Below, piece by piece: positions 11,201 to 22,000 of a DNA stretch of 64,000 bases. The notes beneath the pieces were generated by a model. It searched no databases. It saw only the letters and a program-made list of their open reading frames with translations, and was not told the origin of the DNA. Position numbers and translations under genes: made by a program. This DNA is from Macrostomum lignano (Eukaryota): NCBI GenBank assembly GCA_002269645.1, contig NIVC01002543.1, forward strand, positions 1 through 64,000. Direction: 5' to 3'. The stretch's first letter is position 1, and every line of letters starts with the position of its first letter.

Positions 11201-14200
11201 CCAAAACTTAAGACTGTTGCATAAGATTGAGTGCAAACGTCAGATGAAATTCCTAAGTATGGATTCCTTCTCTTCCATACATGTCCATACACAGGACTTA
11301 CTTATTCTAGCACGGTAGACTTCTCAAAACGAAATTCCAGGGTACAAATCAACTCAGCACATTCAAAATGAATGTTGATAGACACTGGGGCAGCCCAGCA
11401 TCTCTGGTCTGTTTGGTAAATCAGTCTGGGCTGATCCAGACATGGACTCGCCATCGGCTACCGAAGGTGCTCTGTGAGTCTCTGATGCCATGACTTTCTT
11501 CACAAGCCCATTACTGCATTTGAAGATTAAATCACGATTGCATTTTCGAATTCAGACAAGGCCGAAGGGCTGGCCATCCGTATTTCGTCTGGAGACCTGG
11601 TGAGTGATGAAGAAGCCAGCTTCTCAGTGACTGCATCTGACTCAGGATACCCAGCGGCTCTGCACCAGTGCAGAATCGAGAGCAAGAGCCTCGGAGAAGA
11701 CAAGGTATGAGGCTGATGTTATTGCTCATTCTGAGTTCCCAACCAGCATTTCAATGCTGCAATTTCGGTTGACCATTCCGCAGACTGCAGAGTCAGACGG
11801 CTCAAGTCACTGGAGATTCACGCCTCAGCGAGGGCACAACGGTGAAAGAATCAGATGCGATGTGGTGCAGAAACTGAGTGGCTCTTTGATATTCAGTCAG
11901 ACTGTAAACAGCTCTAAGCTGGAGGTTAAATGTGAGTCTCATGCTTTAATCTGCTGCATGTTGTGTTCCTGATCGATACAGTACGGCTGCTTGCACTTCA
12001 GACAGGGCAATCGTCACGTGGCCCAGCAAAATCGCTCCGAAAAAGGAAGGCGAGGCTCTGTCATTCGTTGTGCTCGCAGACGGCAACCCAGAGCCCAGCA
12101 GTCAGTGCTGGCTGCAGCTGGTATCTGGCGCACAGGTGAGTCTTTGATTTGGGATGATGCTGCTTTCTGGCGCACAGGTGAGTCTTTGATTTGGGATGAT
12201 GCTGGTATCTGGCTCACAGGTGAGTCTTTGATTTGGGATGATGCTGCTTTCTGGCGCACAGGTGAGTCTTTGATTTGGGATGATGCTGCTTTCTGGCGCA
12301 CAGGTGAGTCTTTGATTTGGGATGATGCTGGTTTCTGGCTCACAGGTGAGTCTTTGATTTGGGATGATGCTGCTTTCTGGCGCACAGGTGAGTCTTTGAT
12401 TTGGGATGATGCTGCTTTCTGGCTCACAGGTGAGTCTTTGATTTGGGAGTGATGCTGGTTTCTGGCTCACAGGTGAGTCTTTGATTTGGGATGATGCTGC
12501 TTTCTGGCGCACAGGTGAGTCTTTGATTTGGGAGTGATGCTGGTTTCTGGCTCACAGGTGAGTCTTTGATTTTGGAGTGATGTTGGTTTCTGGCTTACAG
12601 GTGAGTCTTCGATTTGGGAGTGATGCTGGTTTCTGGCTCACAGGTGAGTCTTTGATTTGGGAGTGATGCTGGTTTCTGGCTCACAGGTGAGTCTTTGATT
12701 TGGTAGTTATGCTGGTTTCTGGCTCACAGGTGAGTCTTTGATTTGGGAGTTATGCTGGTTTCTGGCTCACAGGTGAGTCTTTGATTTGGTAGTTATGCTG
12801 GTTTCTGGCTCACAGGTGAGTCTTTGATTTGGGAGTTATGCTGGTTTCTGGCTCACAGGTGAGTCTTTGATTTGGGAGTGATGCTGGTTTCTGGCTCACA
12901 GGTGAGTCTTTGATTTGGTAGTTATGCTGGTTTCTGGCTCACAGGTGAGTCTTTGATTTGGGAGTTATGCTGGTTTCTGGCTCACAGGTGAGTCTTTGAT
13001 TTGGTAGTTATGCTGGTTTCTGGCTCACAGGTGAGTCTTTGATTTGGGAGTTATGCTGGTTTCTGGCTCACAGGTGAGTCTTTGATTTGGGAGTGATGCT
13101 GGTTTCTGGCTCACAGGTGAGTCTTTGATTTGGTAGTTATGCTGGTTTCTGGCTCACAGGTGAGTCTTTGATTTGGGAGTGATGCTGGTTTCTGGCTCAC
13201 AGGTGAGTCTTTGATTTGGGAGTGATGCTGGTTTCTGGCTCACAGGTGAGTCTTTGATTTGGGATGATGTTGCAGTCTCGGTGTTTCATAATTAATCGCT
13301 ATTTTCGTTCCAGGTAGACCTGCATAAGCTGAAGCATTCCATTTTTGAGAGCACCTTCAACGTCACTGTTGATAGGTCAATGAACAGAGCCAACTTGAGC
13401 TGTGTTTTGACTCAACCTGGACTTCCATCTTCAACAGAGCAGAGCTTCACCCAATTGATCACAGTTTTTTGTAAGTTTACAGTATCCATTTTCATAGGGT
13501 TCATAAAGAGGTCCAGTTCAGCATCTCCTACTCTGATGTGGGAAACCCGTCCGCCAAGCACTTCTGCCGCATCGGCTCTCGGCCACTCACCGATCCTGAG
13601 GTGCGAAAATACTGACCAACATTTTGTGCCCGCTTTATGTAAGTAACAAGGTAATTAGAGGTTGTAATGGAAAACATCTGAAAATACATTTCAGTCGGTT
13701 TCGGCATCACAAATATTGTTGCGTTGGAAGTTCAAGGCTCAAGTCGGAGACAACGGTCAGAAGATTGTCTGCCAGGTGGTACAAAATGATCGACATGGCG
13801 GCCTCGTCTTTAAGCAAACAGTTGCCTGCCAGACTCTGGATGTGCTCTGTAAAGATTTTGTTTATCAGTTGTATTTATTGCTTCAATCGAGCTATTTATA
13901 TTTATTCCAATATATTGAACCACTTTGACTGTCACAACATTGTTTTCTTAATCTCTATCTTTTCAGACCCAGTCAGCTACTCAGGATTTCTATCCCAGCC
14001 ACCGTCGGTGACGGAGGGCGATCTTTTGGTTATTTCTTTCTTTTCAACTGGAGGAAACCCCGAGCCTCGTCACCGATGCTGGTTGCAGACACCTGAAGGT
14101 CGAATGGACGCAGTCGCTCTAACAGAGGCGAGGACAGATGTGGACCTCGTGACGAACTTCAGTGTGACTTCCGTAAAGCAGATGAATGGAGGATCTGTGG

Positions 14201-15391
14201 TTTGCCGCGTCTCTCAGATGGGCCTCGAGGACCTGGACAAGGAGTTCTCCCAGAACATTACTGTTTTCTGTGAGTTCTCTGTCGCGACTGCTCCAACTTT
14301 TATCAATATAAAATCTAATAGAGGCTTGCAGTGCGTTAGTTTTTTGTTTGCAGTCCGATCGAAGGTGGATCTGACTGGCTCAAGGATTTCAGGATCCATT
14401 GTGCTCGTCAGCGTCAATGTGACGGATGGAAACCCGACACCGCTGGTGAACTGCTCGCTGCTCTCAAGCTCTGGAACTCGATATGTGAGTTCTCAGTGTG
14501 CACAGTTGCTCCACTTCTATTTGCATTGAGTAGCTTTAATGCAGCTGAGCCGGTCTTTTTAGGAGCTGTCCAGGAAGGACTCGGCAATGCTAAGAGTCGG
14601 ACTGCATGAGATAAAAGTCGATCTGCTTCCAAGAGAGCAGCCTCAGTCAGCCAACGTCACCTGTTCTGTGAAGCAAGACTATGCGGGTTTCAAAAGCAGC
14701 AGCCTTGTCTTTTTGGCACTCAAAGCTGACGAGAGTTTTCAAGCTAGCGACCAAGAAAGTGAGCAGTTCTGTGTAGTCCAGCTTAGCTGCATTACTAAAC
14801 TATTGTCTTTTAAGTTAATCGTATTGTAATGTCTTATCATATTGCTACTATTGTATTATCGCTACAAAAACTGATCGATCAGACCATGGGAGCCTCAGCT
14901 GGAATCAAATGTTCCAAATTCTCTGTCTGTGCGCAGTGGTTGCCGTCGCTATCTTTCTTTCTCTGCCTGCCACAGTCTACGTCTGGAGGCGAACTGCATC
15001 GCCTCCGTTAGGAATTCAGTGGCAGCACAGAGCAGCCACAGACGGGAGACCAGCTGACGTACCTCTGGTCCCTCTGACTGCTGCTGAGCGAGATCCCAAT
15101 GTAATATTGCTTTTCAGTATTGCTTGCTCATTTTGCTGTTTAATCTGTGAGTGAGGCTGACAATCTGCGGCACTTTTCAGACCGTCTACTACTATGAGGA
15201 GAACCCGGCGCTTCCGGATCGGCCTCCGAGCGTTGAGGAGACGGACTCAAATGTAAGTCTATTGTCTGCATCTTTGCCAGATGCTCCCAGTGCATGCTCA
15301 CTGCAGGATTCAGTTCCGCTCATTGCAGATGGTGCACTGTTCTGAGGAGGAGCAGACGGCTCAGGGAGCCATCGAATTCTACGTGCAGTGA
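8285..15391 (+). CDS. Lectin-like/Ig-repeat membrane receptor copy A (internally deleted; shorter receptor or pseudogene)
   Basis: ATG 8285 MAQLLALCALCAALCALGG signal peptide (exon 8285-8342). Exon 8421-8642 and the exon from 8709 give YFHT..WLLIKL..VQSVTVYGRAAVPSRAQNIEI. Ig exons follow; TM exon 14883-15100 (ILCLCAVVAVAIFLSLPATVYVW); tail exons 15181-15252 and 15329-15391 ending EFYVQ*. Lacks 1118 bp present in B. Confidence 0.8.
8930..9018. repeat. 10-bp intronic tandem repeat (AGGTGCAAAT)n, copy A
   Basis: About 9 units directly visible in intron 3. Confidence 0.9.
9833..10165. mobile_element. MITE-like insertion in a copy A intron
   Basis: Absent from the same intron of B and C; imperfect inverted arms at ~9889-9932 and ~10103-10150; related sequence at ~16630-16715 and ~29945-29990. 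Confidence 0.5.
10200..10395. repeat. 29-bp intronic minisatellite, copy A
   Basis: About 7 units of AGCAGCAGGTGCAGTACAAATGACACCCT just upstream of the acceptor of the EEKPRS exon. Confidence 0.9.
12117..13270 (+). repeat. 42/43-bp minisatellite built from an exon-intron junction, copy A
   Basis: About 27 units of GCTGGTTTCTGGCTCACAG|GTGAGTCTTTGATTTGGGA(G)TGAT. Confidence 0.95.
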
Positions 15392-16124
15392 AAGTGATTT
15401 GCAAGTTCGAGTTTCGCTACTCAGACTCTTGGAGAAACCAAAACTGCATATATGAGAGCATTGGCTGACTGAGCTTGCCTATATAGGCTCTGTTGCGTCG
15501 TTTGAAAGTACAACTGAGTGGCACAAAGATTTGGTAGAATAAACAAAGTCTCGTTTTCGATACATTATTTTTAAACGATGCTATCAAAAACTATGCACAA
15601 TAATGGTTATTAATCTGGAATTGGAGTGGCGTTGGACACGGGGCACAAAATGGGGTGGTGGGCTCACAAGGATGTACAATCAATAATTCAATAGTTAATT
15701 AGTTCACGCACGCATTGGCGGTTAGCGTAAAATTTTAAAACAAGCCACAGGTACAGCGACAGACCCAGCGCTGCCTCAGACTCAGTGCATGCTTTCAAGG
15801 TTCCTGTGTATAAGACTGGCAATGCTTTCTAGACACTAAGTAGCGATAGCAAAGTAGTAGCTTGGATTTTGATTTTGTCGGGATTGAAGCTTTTCTGGCC
15901 TGACTCAATGAGACAATGCCTGACAGATCACTTTTATAAGCCTTGGGTTTCTTTTTGTAGCCATTGGTGTTTGATGAGTGTCATTGAAATAACCTTTTCT
16001 ACAGATTGTGTTAATCTAGTGCATATATTTGACATTTTAATCCGGTTTGAAGGCTCTCTAACTCACAGTATCAGTTTACTACTTAAAATTCTGTCTTCTT
16101 TGCATGATATTTTTGTAACAGGGT

Positions 16125-16460
16125 CTATGAAAGTTCAGCATGTGATCTACTGACCCATTACTTTATTAGTCACTCAGGAGCTGCACTTCAGTGTGTATCT
16201 CTTGCAAAGTGGAACTTGTGTTTGGCATCGGAATAAACAGATGCACCACCTCATCTCCTCTGCTTTAGCCGCTCGAAAACAATGTTTTATCAAGATTACA
16301 CACTTTGGCACCTACACATTGGCATTGAAGCGTGCAGTAGCGTGCAGTAGAAGTGTGCCGTCAGCCTAGTGCACTTGTCTGTGCTTAGAGTGACTGATTT
16401 TCTCTTCTTGGTTCGACGACTTGAATAGTTTATAATTCCATTTTGCAGGCTTCTCCGTTA
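16125..16460. repeat. ~330-bp intergenic block, copy 1 of 3 (also ~17565-17890 and ~28515-28860)
   Basis: Shared GATCTACTGACCC..CTTTATTAG..CTTGCAAAGTGGA..GCCGCTCGAAAAC..GCATTGGCATTGAAGC..GACTTGAATAGTT in all three. Confidence 0.75.
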
Positions 16461-19073
16461 TGCCGTAAAGACGGTCTCTGATGAGAATGTCACCGAAGGT
16501 GTACTCCTTCGGAGGGTTGTGGTTCGGGCTGGGACTTCTGGCCGGCGATCTTGTATTCCGTATTTCAGGAAGAGTACCGCGCTCTGTGCTGCTTTGAGCT
16601 GCCATTGCGCTAGGTGAACCTACTCCAAAGACTACTCAAGTAGGACGGGAAACCTCGTTTCTTGGAAAATTTTAGGAGGCAGGTTTTTCCGAAAAAATAC
16701 ACTACGGAGATGGGAGGCGGAGATGGGAAGATCCTATCTTTCGATAGGAGGCAGACCTAATGTTCATTTTTTATGTTTTGCCTTTCTTAAAGGTCTATTG
16801 ATTTTCATAAAGCTTTTCGTTCAGAAAATTAGGATTCTATGTTAATCTTTTATTCTGCGTACATTCCCTGTACCTAAAAATCATAAAAATGCATGGCACA
16901 GCTCCACTCATTGGCTCTGTGAATCTGTTTTATTATCTCTGTTACACGCATTGTAACACGGTCAGCTAAGTGTTACAAAATAGATTCAAAAACCAATGAA
17001 CCGAACCGCGCCATTCAAATGGTTTTCAGGCACAGGACATGTGCAATTGTACGTAGAATAAGAAATTATAAACATAGAATCCTAATTCTCTAAATGAAAA
17101 GCTTATCCTAGGCTTTGGAGATGTGTTCGGCGCCGGAGTGAAAGGCTCTCACCTGTTTGCGGCACAGCCCGGTGGTGCAATTGCTCTCCCAGTTGCCCAT
17201 AGCGACCCTGCCTGAAGGGTAGTTTAGGCCAGAGGATGACGGTCTCTGAGGAGGCCGACCTGGTCCACTAAAAGCGGGTTGGCGGAGCCATACCAATTGC
17301 AAGAAATAAAGAGCTTCGCAGTTAGGATCACCCAGAATCTCTCGCCCCTGATGGCGCCCAATCTTTGCCTCTTATGGCTATGGCTCACCCCTGCCTATCC
17401 AAGATTACTGCTCTCTTTGTGATGCAGCCCAAGCTTTGTGCTACGCAAAGGGGATTCCAGTTTTTAGGTGGCCCGGGTCCAGTACCCATGGGGAACTCAA
17501 CCCACTATTCAAAAGGCAGAGCCAAATCCGTGCTTAGGCAACCCCGTTTAACAACAACAGCGGGGCCTGTGAAAGTTCAGCGGTTGGATCTACTGACCCG
17601 ATACTTTATTAGTGCACTTCAGCGTTTTTCTCTTGCAAAGTGGAACTTGTGTTTGGCATCGGAATAAACTTTTTACAGATGCGAGATTCTGCACCACCTC
17701 GGATCCTCTGCTTTAGCCGCTCGAAAACAATGTTTTATCAAGATTAGACTCTGCGAAACCAACGCATTGGCATTGAAGCAGTGTGCAGTCAGCATAGTGC
17801 ACTTCTTTGTCCTTGGAGCAACTGATTTTTCTTCTTGGTTAGACGACTTGAATAGTTTATAATTCCATTCTGCAGGCTTCTCCGTTATGCCTTCACTGAT
17901 AACTTTGATAACCCTTACCAACTAAATTTCATCTAAACCTGCATCTCCGACTTGCGTGTTCACTGGCCTTCAGCTTTTGGACCTTCAACTGCTATTTGAA
18001 GTTTAATAGAGTTCTGTCCAATTGCTGGTTGGACAAATAACCAAAGACGGAAGTTAATGACCAACACATACCAGAGACTGAAATTACTCGTAGCAGCACG
18101 GGACAGTGAATTTGAAACAGTTGGAAGATGGCTGCCCGAGGCGTCTTAAGAGCTTGGCTATTTTTAGAGACAGAACTGGACCTCTTCGTACACCACGCGC
18201 GCTGAGTAGCCTAAATTATCGATCGTGCAACTGTTTGCGAAAGCGTTCAACGCACACAAGCGCAACAGATTAAGCGGCCCAATTGGGGAGCCACCGCACG
18301 CAAAATTACACAGACAGACGATACGATCATTTATCTGACAAGTTATTTCAGTTCCCTCGGTTTAGCAGTTCGTTCTACTGGAAGTAGTAAATTCGGAGTA
18401 TACTTGTAGATTCTGAATGACGTGCAGAGTTTAATTTGTCACAGATAATTTTGAGTTCGAAAATGGAAATCAAAAATCATTGGCCCGCACAGTCGCTGCC
18501 ATGTTCTGCGAGCCTCATCAAGCAACAGGCTTCACCCAAGGCACCCAAGCCAGCAGACGGGAGCATCCGGCCACCAGACTTTTGCGCTGATGGCGGGATT
18601 CAATACCGAATCACAGGCGATTACTTCTGATAAAAATGATCAATGCTAAAATAATAAAGAAACTACTATCATATTGCAATCAGCACAATGAACAATGGAA
18701 TATGTAAAACAGTATATTGTGCAATTTCCAATCGTGCAGCACACTCAAATCTCATCTCGAAATTTTAAAAACTTTTCATTCACGCGATGGATTTCGATGT
18801 CGCAATCCGTAGCTCTATATAGTACTCATAGTAGCTATTTAACTTGATTTGTTGGTCTTGTCGAAAATGTATATAAATCGCACTTGTGTTCCACCAATGA
18901 AAATGAGATTAGCGGTATCAAGACGTTAATCTGAACCGAATACGTGCAGTTTAACCCAGGAGAGAAATTTCGCAACCGAGCCAGCAGTTTTCACTCCAAA
19001 GCACAGCTGCTGCTGCTGCTGCTGTTTCAGTTGCCAAGGAAACACTGAAAGCTGCTCTTCCTCATCAGCTGTC

Positions 19074-22000
19074 ATGGCGCAGCTCTTGGCGCTGTGCGCT
19101 CTGTGTGCAGCTCTTTGTGCTCTTGGAGGCGGTGAGTTGTCTGTCTGCCTTCAATGTCAGATATATTGTAAGCCTTCATCACTCATGTGAAAGCCCCTGC
19201 TCTCCTACAGAGGCAAACTCCATCAAGTTCAACATCACGACAACAAACATCGCGGCTTCCTGGCAGTCGTCAGAATACTTCAACAGGTGCTTCGGAGACA
19301 CGGCTGTGCTTGAGCAGTGGGATTACTTTCACACAACAGGCACCCCAGACTCTCATGGAAACCAGTGGCTGCTCATTAAGCTGTCCCGTGCAATCCGTGT
19401 GCAATCAGTCACTGTCTATGGCAGGGCAGCAGGTGAGTTGTCTTGTTCACACTTCTGTCTCTTCCGCTTCACTTCTTTCTTACTTCTCTTCTCACTGCAG
19501 AGCCCAGCAGAGCACAGAACATCGAGATTCTGCTGAGTGACAGACTGCCACCGGGTCTGAATGCGAGCAATGGCAGTTGCTATGGGACTCTGTCCGATAG
19601 CTTGAGCTCGCTCACTCAGTGTGGAGTCACCCAGAGTGAGCAGACTCAGACTCACAAGGTGGCCTGCAGCTACTTTGGCTGCCCGAATGTAGGTTCATAT
19701 ACTCTGTTGTTTCTGAGTGCAAATAGGTGCAAATAGGTGCAAATAGGTGCAAATAGGTGCAAATAGGTGCAAATAGGTGCGATTAGGAGGTGCAAAGAGG
19801 TGCGATAAGAAGGTGCAAATAGGTGAAAATAGGTGCAAATAGGTGGAAATGGAAGGTGCAAATAGGTGCAAATAGGTGCAAATAGGTGCAAATAGGTGCA
19901 GGTGCAAATAGGTGCGATTAAAGGTGCAAATAGGTGCAAATAGGTGCAAATAGGTGAAAATAAATGCAAATAGGTGCAAAAAGGAGGTGCAAATAGGTGC
20001 AAATGGGTGCAAATAGGTGCAAATAGGTGCAAATAGGTGCAAATAGGTGCAAATAGGTGCAAATAGGTGCAAATAGGTGCAAATAGGTGCAAATAGGCGC
20101 AAATAGGTGCAAATAGGTGCAAATAGGTGCGATTAGGAGGTGCAAATAGGTGCGATTAGAAGGTGCAAATAGGTGCGATTAGAAGGTGCAAATAGGTGCG
20201 ATTAGGAGGTGCAAATAGGTGCAAATAGGTGCAAATAGCTGCAAATAAATGGGTAAATCACACGAAATTTCAGGTGACTGAGTACATCTTGCTAAGGAAG
20301 AACGTTCGAAACGAATCTGATAAGCATATGAACTTTCAAGCTCTGGAAGTCGAAGAAGGTACGACTTTAGTTGAATAAGCTTAATTAAGTCTTCATGGGA
20401 CATTTTTTACTCTAAACAGACTTTCTCTCTTTCAGCATCTCAGAATGCGCAGATTTATAGGTGTGAAGTGTCTGGCGGACACCTCAGTAACTGCAGACTC
20501 AATGCTTTGCAAACTTTGAAAAATGGCGACAGAGCTTATATGAAAGTCTGCCCATCATGTCAGCTTCCGACAACTGATGCAGCATCTTGTCACATTGCTG
20601 CTCCAAGTGGCAATATCACACAGCTGAGAGTTGTGAGCTCACGGATGAATTTATTTCTTTTAAAATGATTTTCACGGACTATTCGACTAACTAATAGGAA
20701 TAAGTGAAATGAGAAATTATGAATGTTAAAACTTTATTTTTTATACGATTGTAGCCAGTTTCTTAATGTTCTTTCACCATTTTCAGCATGGGCACCCAGA
20801 CTCCAATTTAATTGTAATTTTCACATCGACTGCGGAAAGTCAAGGAGGAAACTTCACGTGCAGCTTTAATTGCTTGAGCGAGTTGCCTCAGTCAGCAACT
20901 GAACCAATCGGTTTCTTTGGTATGCAGCTTCTGTGTGTACTTTTTACCTTAGACAGGTGAATTCAAATGAAACTTATAGATTTGTAGAGCAACCTGGTAC
21001 TGTTCAAACTGTTGTAATCTAGGATATTGGTATTTTGCTAGCAGCCTAGCATTAGATCCAGTACAAATGGCAGCCTAGCAGCAGGTGCAGTACAAATGGC
21101 AGCCTAGCAGCAGGTGCAGTACAAATGGCAGCCTAGCAGCAGGTGCAGTACAAATGGCTGAGCTCATTTTCTGTTGCAGAGGAGAAGCCCAGAAGTGTCA
21201 GCATTGAGCCCAGCAACACGGTCCAGTTTGGATCAAGGATATTTCTGGCTTCAGGCATGGAGTTTCACTTCAGCTTCATCACAGAAGCTGCGTACCCAAG
21301 TCCCATCCATGCTTGCAGGCTCGTGAGAACTGCTGAATATTCAACTACAGAAGATACTTCAGGTGTTCCACTGTATCCCTTCACAGAGGTGAGAACATCC
21401 TGTGCAATCTTAATACTTTCATTCATCATTCTGATATTCTCTCATCAAATGATTTTTCAGAGATCTCTCACTGACGCATCATCGAACAAAAGCCATGTAA
21501 TTACCAAGATCTCTGAGTACAGACTCAACATTGGCGCACACAATGCAGTTGAGAAAAAAATACAGTGCGTGTCAGCTGTCGGTGAAAGCAGTGAAAAATC
21601 GGTGAAATCAATTTCGCTGCCTGAGCTAATAGGTAAGCAACAATATATTTGCGCCTTTTGGGAGAGTACTGGCAGGTATGATACCTGGAATTTCTCATAT
21701 TAGATGAAGTTGAGCTGTATTGAAACGATAAAAACTGCAGTTCCAAGCAAGCCGGAGTTTCTGCTACCGCCAATCACGGATTGGAAAGACGGCCACTCCG
21801 TCTCAGTTGCTGTCGACTCAACAACAGACAGCCCTGTTCCAACCAGCCACCGCTGCTTGCTGGAGACTCGAGACGGCAACAGAAGTCTCAACGCTACTCA
21901 AGTGAGTCTTGCTTTGGTTTTATGCCGTCGTGATGTTGGTTTAGAAAGCAAAAACTTGGGAAAAATAGTGAATGCTTTTTATCAAATGTCAAATATTTGA

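Noticed and set aside
11991-12512. ORFs with repeating TGESLIWDD / SSQIKDSP peptides
   Set aside because: Translations of the 42-bp intronic minisatellite; the true coding frame stops right after the first donor.
19670-20403. LFAPICTY-repeat ORFs (also 33653-34017)
   Set aside because: By-products of the 10-bp intronic repeat.
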